The position numbers were made by a program, and so were the translations under genes. Below, in pieces: positions 25,380-32,001 of a DNA stretch of 42,174 nt. This DNA is from a virus. The notes below the pieces were generated by a model that was not told the DNA's origin, made no database searches, and saw nothing but the letters and a program-made list of their open reading frames with translations. The first letter of the stretch is position 1, and every line of letters begins with the position of its first letter. Location: the IMG/VR virus record IMGVR_UViG_3300029532_000009, positions 1 through 42,174 of that record. One strand, given 5' to 3'.

Positions 25380-25967
25380 TTAGTCCTTTCCGCCGCCTGT
25401 GAACAGGTCGGCATTTGCTGCAATGGCCGCCTGGCGTTCGCCAGCGTCCTTGATTGCAAAAATTTGCTCTTTGGTCATTTTGGAGCCGGTGTTGGTAGGC
25501 GGGGTGTCCACCTTTGCGCCGGTGGTCGTGGTCGTAGCCACAAAGTCGCCCCAGTCAGCTTTCAGGCTGTCGGTGTGCTTCTTGGCATCCTTGACCTCGC
25601 CCTTTTCGTCCAGCTCCAGCTTGTCAATGTCCTCGCCGGACAGCCGCACGACGCGGTCTGCGTACTTGTCCAGCACCCCGGCGGACTTCAGCAGCTCCCG
25701 GAACTTGGCTTCCTTGGCCGCGTGGGTGTCCTTCTTGGTCTGCTGGGCCTTGTAGTCGGTCAGCGCATTTTCAGCGGCCTGCTTGCCGCCGTTGGCCTCG
25801 TCCCGCTCTTTCTCGGCTTTGGCGAGGGCTGCGTTCTTCTCATCGAGCTGGTTCTGCAAAGTGTCCGTTTCCTCATGCAGCACGTCCAGAATTTTCTTGA
25901 GCTTGCCGCTGGTGTCGGTCGTTTCATCTTCCAGAATCGCCCGGAGAGTCTTGCGTTCGAGTGCCAT
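25380..25967 (-). CDS. Scaffolding protein
   Basis: 195 aa, highly charged coiled coil (LQNQLDEKNAALAKAEKERDEANG...), immediately upstream of the capsid gene. Confidence 0.75.
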   Translation of the reverse strand: MALERKTLRAILEDETTDTSGKLKKILDVLHEETDTLQNQLDEKNAALAKAEKERDEANGGKQAAENALTDYKAQQTKKDTHAAKEAKFRELLKSAGVLDKYADRVVRLSGEDIDKLELDEKGEVKDAKKHTDSLKADWGDFVATTTTTGAKVDTPPTNTGSKMTKEQIFAIKDAGERQAAIAANADLFTGGGKD

Positions 25968-26065
25968 GTGTTAGTCCTTTCTGCCCTTGCTCGGGCTGGC
26001 GTGCTCGCCATCGGATTTGTGAATTGCCTACGTTTTGTAGGCGGTTGCCGGACGTGCTGCCGGTG

Positions 26066-26142
26066 TGGTGCCGCTTGTGGGGCTTGAACCCACGGCCCCC
26101 GGATTAAAAGTCCGGTGCTCTCCCAGATTGAGCTAAAACGGC
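26066..26142 (-). tRNA. tRNA-Lys (anticodon UUU), CCA encoded
   Basis: Hand-folded cloverleaf: GCCGTTT TA GCTC AATCTGGGA GAGC A CCGGA CTTTTAA TCCGG GGGCC GTGGG TTCAAGC CCCAC AAGCGGC A CCA. Confidence 0.85.
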
Positions 26143-26188
26143 ATAAAAAAGCGGCTGACGCATTGCGCCAACCGCTGAGTATTCAGTT

Positions 26189-26419
26189 TTAGAGCGAAAA
26201 TTCACAGTCTGTGTCTGTAGGATAGTCCTGCGCTTCGGCCGGAACATAGACCAAAACAGAAATTTTGGCTTTACCCTCGCCGTATGCGTTATCACACATC
26301 TCCTGAAGCGCTTTACGTGCCTGAGCACCAGCCGAAAACAAATATTTGATTTTTTCGGCGTTTTCTTGTGCTTTTATAGCGGCTTGAAGCTGTTCGTTCC
26401 AAGTTTCGCTTTTGGCCAT
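26189..26419 (-). CDS. Hypothetical protein (76 aa)
   Basis: MAKSETWNEQLQAAIKAQENAEKIKYLFSAGAQARKALQEMCDNAYGEGK... Tightly follows the gp10-like gene. Confidence 0.5.
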   Translation of the reverse strand: MAKSETWNEQLQAAIKAQENAEKIKYLFSAGAQARKALQEMCDNAYGEGKAKISVLVYVPAEAQDYPTDTDCEFSL

Positions 26420-26421
26420 GC

Positions 26422-26874
26422 TTATACCTCCTTGTTCCCTTCTTCCACCGCGATCTCTCGCAGCTCGTCAATGTGATTCTCCACCGCCGGGCGCAGGAAC
26501 GGTCGGGCTTTCATACCCCGGGTAAAGTGCCACTTTCCGTTGAAGTCCTTCCAGACCCACGGCGTTTTTCGTCCGTTGCCCTTCTCGGCAAAGACGCCCG
26601 TGCCCAGCTCCACATACACGCTGTAAAACAGATTGCTGCCGATGGTCACGGTCTTTTTTGCGAGGTCGAGGGCGTAGGTCAGGCTCTGCTTGAGCGCACC
26701 GCCCACATAGCCCTGTATGCCTGTGCTTTCCTCCGTGCCAGTAGGCACAAGCAGCTGGGCGTAGTCCTGCACCTTCATGCCCCAGATGGTAAGCACCCGC
26801 TCCGCCCATGAATCCAGCGCCTCATGCAGCTGCGGGGTGTTGTCGGTGAATTTGATGTCGTAGTTGAAATTCAT
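26422..26874 (-). CDS. HK97 gp10-family protein (tail-completion type), displaced upstream of the scaffold gene
   Basis: ATG 26874 follows GGAG. ...GGALKQSLTYALDLAKKTVTIGSNLFYSVYVELGTG...KARPFLRPAVENH matches the gp10-family signature. Confidence 0.65.
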   Translation of the reverse strand: MNFNYDIKFTDNTPQLHEALDSWAERVLTIWGMKVQDYAQLLVPTGTEESTGIQGYVGGALKQSLTYALDLAKKTVTIGSNLFYSVYVELGTGVFAEKGNGRKTPWVWKDFNGKWHFTRGMKARPFLRPAVENHIDELREIAVEEGNKEV

Positions 26875-26890
26875 GCTATACTCCATGTAT

Positions 26891-26920
26891 AACAAAACCC
26901 CGCCCCGGTGTGGGGCAGGG
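26891..26920 (-). terminator. Rho-independent terminator after the KilAC antirepressor
   Basis: Stem ccccgcccc/ggggcaggg (one mismatch), followed on the minus strand by ttttgtt. Confidence 0.65.
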
Positions 26921-26932
26921 TCGGTGATTCAG

Positions 26933-27682
26933 TTACAGGTACAGCAGCCGGAACGTCTCACGGCCTTTGGGGGTGATGAGCGTCTGCACGCCGCTCCACT
27001 GGGTCTTGTCGTTCTTGGCTTCCTTGACCTCAAACAGGCCGTTGTTCTTGTCCTCACGGGGCAGCAACTTGCCTTTCTGGTCACGGTAAAGGAATTTCTT
27101 GTCCAGAAGCCACGCCACAAAGGCTTTTGGCTTGATGCCCAGCTCTTTGGCTGTCTCCCGGAAATTGGTCAACAGGTTGCGGTCAACCAGTTCGTCGAAG
27201 TATTCTGCCTTGGGCTGCATGATCTGCTTCTCCACGTTAAGCTGGCTATTCTGTGCGGTCAGCTCACAAATGCGGGCTTCCCGGTCTGCAAGGGTCTTGT
27301 TCGCCACAAGCAGCGCCTTTGCCATCAGCTCCTCCGGGGTGAGCTGCTCCTGCCCGGCGATGTACCCGCCGTTCTTGCGGATGGACGGCAGCACCTCGGA
27401 CGTGACCCACTTGCGGAACGGTTTGGCTTCCGGCTTGTCGCTGCGGAGAATGACGTTGTACAGGCCGCTCTCATTGATGATGTAGGTGGACTGCTTGCGA
27501 CCCATGCTGTCGATGACCTCGGTCTGACCGACCTCATCCTCATCCATGCGCTTGGCGGTGTCCGTGATGTGGGAAATGCCCAGCACCGTGCACACGTCCT
27601 TGAGAACAAACCACGGTTCGCCGTCCATCTCTACGGTGCGGACTTCGTTGGACTGGTAGTTGAAAATCTGAATATTAGACAT
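26933..27682 (-). CDS. Second antirepressor: Bro-N domain plus KilAC domain
   Basis: ATG 27682 (MSNIQIFNYQSNEVRTVEMDGEPWFVLKDVCTVLGI...INESGLYNVILRSDKPEAKPFRKWVTSEVLPSIRK). C-terminus PKAEYFDELVDRNLLTNFRETAKELGIKPKAFVAWLLDKKFLY is KilAC-like. Confidence 0.85.
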   Translation of the reverse strand: MSNIQIFNYQSNEVRTVEMDGEPWFVLKDVCTVLGISHITDTAKRMDEDEVGQTEVIDSMGRKQSTYIINESGLYNVILRSDKPEAKPFRKWVTSEVLPSIRKNGGYIAGQEQLTPEELMAKALLVANKTLADREARICELTAQNSQLNVEKQIMQPKAEYFDELVDRNLLTNFRETAKELGIKPKAFVAWLLDKKFLYRDQKGKLLPREDKNNGLFEVKEAKNDKTQWSGVQTLITPKGRETFRLLYL

Positions 27683-27965
27683 GAGAAATCTCCTTATTGC
27701 TTTCATCAATGATTGCGTTTACTTCTTTCTCCAGACCAGAGATGCTGCCGAACAGCGTGCACAGGATGGAATCATACATAGGCGCTTCATCCCACAGGCG
27801 GGAAACATCACGCTCGTTGCGTGGGCGGATCAGATCATCCGTCTTGTGGGTCTCCTCAAACCAGTTTGCAAAGATGTTCAACAGGTTGTGCATCGTCTGG
27901 AGCTCACCGGAAACCATGTCCAACTCAAACTCTGCGCTTGCGATTTTGCTTGTTTGCATCATCAT
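27675..27965 (-). CDS. Hypothetical protein (96 aa)
   Basis: GAGG RBS. MMMQTSKIASAEFELDMVSGELQTMHNLLNIFANWFEETHKTDDLIRPRNERD... Its stop overlaps the antirepressor start. Confidence 0.55.
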   Translation of the reverse strand: MMMQTSKIASAEFELDMVSGELQTMHNLLNIFANWFEETHKTDDLIRPRNERDVSRLWDEAPMYDSILCTLFGSISGLEKEVNAIIDESNKEISHV

Positions 27966-27980
27966 GACCTCACATTTTAC

Positions 27981-28009
27981 TTGACTTTTTCTTATAAATA
28001 AAATAAAAT
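27981..28009 (+). promoter_or_regulatory. Orphan plus-strand promoter TTGACT-N17-TAAAAT
   Basis: TTGACT 27981-27986 and TAAAAT 28004-28009 with an exact 17-nt AT-rich spacer. Bracketed by an 11-bp inverted repeat (27969-27979 / 28004-28014). Confidence 0.55.
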
Positions 28010-28051
28010 GTGAGTAAGAGGAGCTTTTTGAATACGGTTTCTCTGGCTTAC

Positions 28052-28090
28052 GAGTGGTTAGCTATGGCGAGTAGCTAACCACTCTTTTTT
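28052..28090 (+). terminator. Strong plus-strand rho-independent terminator about 40 nt after the orphan promoter
   Basis: Perfect 13-bp stem gagtggttagcta/tagctaaccactc, loop tggcgag, then tttttt. Confidence 0.8.
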
Positions 28091-28153
28091 GTACTGTTCG
28101 AACTTCTTGCGCTGTTCTTCACGGTTCAGCTTCTTGAAATCCTTGAACTTCAT
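28058..28153 (-). CDS. Tiny basic ORF (31 aa), uncertain
   Basis: ATG 28153 lies 6 nt after AAAGGAGG. MKFKDFKKLNREEQRKKFEQYKKEWLATRHS. Its 3' end runs through the terminator hairpin. Confidence 0.35.
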   Translation of the reverse strand: MKFKDFKKLNREEQRKKFEQYKKEWLATRHS

Positions 28154-28205
28154 GGGCGTCCTCCTTTCCGCCCCTCTTGCTCACAAGAATATTATAGCAC
28201 TAATA

Positions 28206-28295
28206 TTCGTGCAAGTATATTGACGTTTTGCACTAATTTTAGTCTTTTCTTTGGTTATTTTTGCACTTGTTTTCGTGCAAATTATCCTGTATACT
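28206..28295 (+). promoter_or_regulatory. Promoter/operator region of the twin-HTH operon
   Basis: TTGTTT 28267-28272, N17, TATACT 28290-28295. Duplicated motifs ttcgtgcaa (28206-28214, 28272-28280) and ttttgcact (28226-28234, 28259-28267). Confidence 0.5.
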
Positions 28296-28319
28296 AAAGA
28301 TGTAATAGGAGGTGAGCTT

Positions 28320-28535
28320 ATGCCGTTGAAGTTCAAAATAAATGTCCTTGATGCGTTGAAACAAGCCGGTTACAACACGTCGAGAATCCGTCAGGAAAAT
28401 CTGTTGAGCCAGTCAACCTTGCAAAAATTGCGTGATGGTGGGCAACTTTCGTGGTCGAACCTTGAAACAATTTGCAGGTTGCTTGAATGCCAGCCGGGGG
28501 ACATACTTGAATATATCCCGTTCGAAACAGAATGA
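28320..28535 (+). CDS. Small XRE-type HTH regulator (71 aa)
   Basis: ATG 28320 follows AGGAGGTG. MPLKFKINVLDALKQAGYNTSRIRQENLLSQSTLQKLRDGGQLSWSNLETICRLLECQPGDILEYIP. Confidence 0.7.
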   Translation: MPLKFKINVLDALKQAGYNTSRIRQENLLSQSTLQKLRDGGQLSWSNLETICRLLECQPGDILEYIPFETE

Positions 28536-28545
28536 GGTGTTAGAA

Positions 28546-28764
28546 ATGTCGATAAGCTATCACTTAAAGGCCTTGCTCGCAGACGCAAACATGACGCAAA
28601 AGGAACTTGCCGAAGTAACCGGGATTCGTCCCCCAACTATCTCGGCTCTTTGCCTTGGAACGGTCAAACAGCTCCCCATCGGGGTTCTTGAAAAAATTTG
28701 CACCGTTCTGAATTGCCAGCCCGGCGACATACTGGAATATGTGCCGGATAAATCCGAACAGTGA
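28546..28764 (+). CDS. Small XRE-type HTH regulator, paralogue of the previous gene (72 aa)
   Basis: ATG 28546 follows GAGGTG. MSISYHLKALLADANMTQKELAEVTGIRPPTISALCLGTVKQLPIGVLEKICTVLNCQPGDILEYVP. Confidence 0.7.
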   Translation: MSISYHLKALLADANMTQKELAEVTGIRPPTISALCLGTVKQLPIGVLEKICTVLNCQPGDILEYVPDKSEQ

Positions 28765-28771
28765 CCCTACA

Positions 28772-28800
28772 CCCTGCCGGGAGGCAGGGCTTTATTTTTA
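28772..28800 (+). terminator. Terminator between convergent HTH operon and MuF gene
   Basis: Stem ccctgcc/ggcaggg, loop ggga, then ctttattttta. Confidence 0.7.
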
Positions 28801-28807
28801 TACTCAA

Positions 28808-29842
28808 TCATTTTACCTTCTCCTTTTTCTTGCGCTCCCGCTCTTTCGCCCACCACATTTGTTCGGCTTCCGTGCCGCCCTTGGATTTATACCACTCGGT
28901 GTAATCCATGACGGGGGTGGTCTCTTTGGTCACATTGTCTCTCTGCATGGCGTTCTGCCTGGGATACTTGCCCAGAGCAGAGGACAGCACACAGCGGCAG
29001 TGGTAAACCATCTCCGGCGCTGCGTTGGGGTCTCCGGGGCGCTGAATCTCGTAGCCCATGACTTTGAACGGCTCGTCAAGCTCTGCCGTCTGCTGGTCAA
29101 GCAGGCGGTGCATTTCACGGGTGCGGTAGTCGTGGGTGGAGTTCCACCGCTTTTTGACCTCGATGCCCAAAGCCTGGGCGTTGCGCATTTGCTGCAATGC
29201 CCCGGCGTTCTGAGCGCCTGTGAGCGCCGTGATGGCGTTGTTCATGGCCCAGTGGATCTCTGTGTCTGCCATGCCGTTTACGGCCTGCACGGCGATGTCG
29301 TGGACGCTCTTGCCCTGCACGATGCCTTGCATGACGTAGCGGTTGAACACCCGGGCGTCATAGGTGCGGTTGCTCTCGCTCTTGATGCGCTTGTTTGGCA
29401 CCAGCTTGGGGTTTTCCTTCAGCAGCAGCTTGACTGCTTCGGTATTGTACAGGGTCAGCCCGAACGTCACGCCTGCGGCCTGTTCCAGCTCGTAGAAGGT
29501 CCAGTTTGCGCCAAAGGAAAAGATGTTGTATTGCTCGTCCCGGGCCAGCTTGTAGGCCGTCTCTTGGGCTTTGGTGCAGGTCTGGGTGATGCCGTCCAGC
29601 TTTGCCCGCATCAAATCGGACTGAAAGACCTGATTTTGCAGCCAGATGCGGTAATCCTCTTCGGTGATCTCGCCTGCATCCAGCTGCGCCCGCTTGCGCT
29701 CGTCCAACGCTCGGTACTTTCCAAGAAACTCGGTGAGCTGCTCGGTCATTTCCCGGCGGGCTGTGCCGTATACCCGCAAAATGCGGCGGCGCAGGCGGTT
29801 CAGCTGCCGGGTGGTGATGCGGTCAAGATCTGTTTTCTTCAT
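28808..29842 (-). CDS. Minor head protein, Mu F / SPP1 gp7 family
   Basis: 344 aa after the portal region. RWNSTHDYRTREMHRLLDQQTAELDEPF...RPGDPNAAPEMVYHCRCV is the Mu-F signature. Confidence 0.8.
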   Translation of the reverse strand: MKKTDLDRITTRQLNRLRRRILRVYGTARREMTEQLTEFLGKYRALDERKRAQLDAGEITEEDYRIWLQNQVFQSDLMRAKLDGITQTCTKAQETAYKLARDEQYNIFSFGANWTFYELEQAAGVTFGLTLYNTEAVKLLLKENPKLVPNKRIKSESNRTYDARVFNRYVMQGIVQGKSVHDIAVQAVNGMADTEIHWAMNNAITALTGAQNAGALQQMRNAQALGIEVKKRWNSTHDYRTREMHRLLDQQTAELDEPFKVMGYEIQRPGDPNAAPEMVYHCRCVLSSALGKYPRQNAMQRDNVTKETTPVMDYTEWYKSKGGTEAEQMWWAKERERKKKEKVK

Positions 29843-30626
29843 GGCTGTTCAGATACTCCACAATAGCACGCTCCCGGGCGGACAGTTCCCATTTTGTGGC
29901 CGCAGCCCTTTCAGCCGCAGCCCTTTCAGCCGCAGCCCTTTCAGCCGCAGCACAATCAGACAGCAGCAGACCTGAACCAAAAATCGTTTTCCCCGTGGAG
30001 CGTTGTGAATCCAGCGCATAAATTGGAGCGCAGTCCTTTTTATGAATTTTGAAATCCACACCGTAATGGCTGTATCGTTGTAGCATTGCAGCCGTTACAA
30101 TATTATCCGGGTATGTATACTTTGGCAGCTGTACTGTTTTGGTGCGTCTAAGGCGTTCTACCTCATCGTTTACCAGCTTCGTAAGGCGAGGTTCTGTTTG
30201 CGCTATGATGTCCCCGCCGTAGCTGGTCACAAAACTTGTTCTGACGATTGCACCGTTTTCGTACTCGATACTACAGTCGCAAATGATATGGTTCATCCGC
30301 ATATTATTTGCTCTTCCAGAAAACGCTGTCAAAGATGGAGCGAATAGGAAGAACGGAATGCCACGATCGAGATAGAACCCGCAGATTCGGGACAGGATTG
30401 AAAACGGTGGGTTGTCCAGAACAACGGCACCCTCCGGGTAGTCGAAATTCTCATAATCGCCGCCGGGATAAAATGGACGCACAATTTTGGCCGGGTCGAT
30501 GCCGTACTCCTTGCAGGCCCAGTCCCGGATAACAGCGTATACGCTAGGCGGTGTATAGCAGTCGTCAGTAGTCTTTTTCGGCTTGAACTTCTCCACGAAC
30601 TCTTCATAGGTTTCATTCGCTGCCAT
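29823..30626 (-). CDS. Putative N6-adenine DNA methyltransferase (DNPPF motif) with C-terminal AAAER repeats
   Basis: ATG 30626 overlaps the portal stop region. DDCYTPPSVYAVIRDW...VVLDNPPFSILSRI (motif IV (D/N)PP(F/Y)). C-terminus has AAAERAAAERAAAERAAA. Confidence 0.55.
   Translation of the reverse strand: MAANETYEEFVEKFKPKKTTDDCYTPPSVYAVIRDWACKEYGIDPAKIVRPFYPGGDYENFDYPEGAVVLDNPPFSILSRICGFYLDRGIPFFLFAPSLTAFSGRANNMRMNHIICDCSIEYENGAIVRTSFVTSYGGDIIAQTEPRLTKLVNDEVERLRRTKTVQLPKYTYPDNIVTAAMLQRYSHYGVDFKIHKKDCAPIYALDSQRSTGKTIFGSGLLLSDCAAAERAAAERAAAERAAATKWELSARERAIVEYLNSHEENRS
29899..29952. repeat. 15-nt tandem repeat gccgcagccctttca x3 plus a partial copy
   Basis: Perfect copies at 29899-29913, 29914-29928 and 29929-29943, with a partial copy to 29952. 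Encodes (AAAER)n on the minus strand. Confidence 0.9.
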
Positions 30627-32001
30627 TGTTTTCCTCCTCCTCGTCCACGGTCTCCCGCTCTGCACTCTCAGCCATCAGCGCCGCCCGAGCCTTTTCCTTT
30701 TGCTCCGGGGTCAGGTTTGGCAGTAGGTCAATGGCCATGTCCTGCCCAATGATCGCCGCCTCGGAGATTACTGTGCTGACCTGCTCTGCGGTGTTTACGA
30801 TCCGGCTCCGGTTGAATGTCGGCGTTGCGCTGCCAAAGCCAGCCAGCGCACAGATCTGACGAACAAAAGGTTTGATCTGAGCCTCGAAGTCGTCTGCGTT
30901 CTGGTTCATGGGTTCATAGGCTGCATCCAGATGATCGTTGGTGCTGTTTGCGCTGACACAATGCACGTCCAGACCGCCGAAATCCTCATAGACCCGGGTG
31001 TGCAGCAGCTCTAGCAGGGTCTGCCGGGCAGTCACCGGCACTTCGCTGGTGTATGGGGTGATCTTGCCGCCCTCGCTGGTGTCCGCACCGGCGATGTGGT
31101 AGAGGTTCAGCTTCGCAAGGAACTCCTGCAGTTCATCATCGGTCATTCCGTTGAAGTTTTCGCACAGCCAGTAAATCTGTGCGCAATCCTGCAAGTCGCT
31201 GCAGAAGCCGGACGTCACCAGATCGGTGTTGTCGATGTAGGCTTTCAGGCCTACGAGGGTGCTTTGATGCAGGTCGGATCCCCACAGCGGTACCACAGGC
31301 AGAGTGCTGTAGTTTTCCCCCTCCACGCTTTCCAGCCCGCCGCCGGGGGTGGAGACGGTCACGCTCTTGTATGCCTGCTTCGGGGCCGTCTCCTGCATAG
31401 TGCTGCCGATCCTGCTTTCCGTGTACTCGGTGTAACCGTCCTCTTCGTACAGGACATAGTGCATATCCGTGTCAGGATTCAGCCGCCAGAACCGCACCCC
31501 GGCCCGCATGGAGCCGGAGGTCTCATCGTACAGGGGCGCAAACTCGGTCAGCTTGAACACCACCAGATGGTCGTTGTTCCAGAAGCCAAAGCTCTCACCG
31601 TGGATTAGGGCAAAGTATCCGGCTTTCTGGATCTGCTCGTCAAATTCAGCCCCCAGTTTTTCTTTGTCCACGTCCTTATCCGCAAAGGTAACACCGTTGC
31701 CCAGAGAGTAGGTGGCACGCTGCTTGTTGAGCCGCCGGAACAGATTGCTCTTGACCATATCGGGCCGGGGAACATCCTGCCGTGTGTTCTTGGAAAGGCG
31801 TTTCAGCATAAAGGCGTAGGCTTGCGAAAAGCGCTCCGCGCCCGGGTTTTTCTGGGCGTCGTACAGGTCGGCGTCCAGCGCCATCCTGTAAGGGCCGGAA
31901 GCACAGTGCTGCTGCACGAACCGCCGGACAAAATCAGCCTGTTCCCCGGCGGCTTGCGCCTGCTGAAAGGTCTGGAATGTGTATACAGTGCTCAAAATCA
32001 A
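30613..32001 (-). CDS. Portal protein (SPP1 gp6-like)
   Basis: About 460 aa immediately after TerL. The start is a TTG (32001 or, with better spacing to GAGGGA, 31995). Confidence 0.85.
   Translation of the reverse strand: MILSTVYTFQTFQQAQAAGEQADFVRRFVQQHCASGPYRMALDADLYDAQKNPGAERFSQAYAFMLKRLSKNTRQDVPRPDMVKSNLFRRLNKQRATYSLGNGVTFADKDVDKEKLGAEFDEQIQKAGYFALIHGESFGFWNNDHLVVFKLTEFAPLYDETSGSMRAGVRFWRLNPDTDMHYVLYEEDGYTEYTESRIGSTMQETAPKQAYKSVTVSTPGGGLESVEGENYSTLPVVPLWGSDLHQSTLVGLKAYIDNTDLVTSGFCSDLQDCAQIYWLCENFNGMTDDELQEFLAKLNLYHIAGADTSEGGKITPYTSEVPVTARQTLLELLHTRVYEDFGGLDVHCVSANSTNDHLDAAYEPMNQNADDFEAQIKPFVRQICALAGFGSATPTFNRSRIVNTAEQVSTVISEAAIIGQDMAIDLLPNLTPEQKEKARAALMAESAERETVDEEEENNGSE

Noticed and set aside
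24060-26087. 675-aa plus-strand ORF, the longest in this region of the track
   Set aside because: It is entirely antisense to the capsid and scaffold genes, which have strong RBSs and recognisable products. Its translation is Gly/Val/His/Arg/Leu-rich with no RBS. This is a typical shadow ORF of GC-rich DNA.
28024-28077. 16-codon TTG-initiated plus-strand peptide (NTVSLAYEWLAMASS) as a gene
   Set aside because: The spacing to AGGAG is only about 4 nt, and the peptide is too short to evaluate. I kept it only as part of the leader/attenuator hypothesis, not as a feature.
28739-29866. 375-aa plus-strand ORF
   Set aside because: Antisense to the MuF minor head gene. Low-complexity composition and no RBS.
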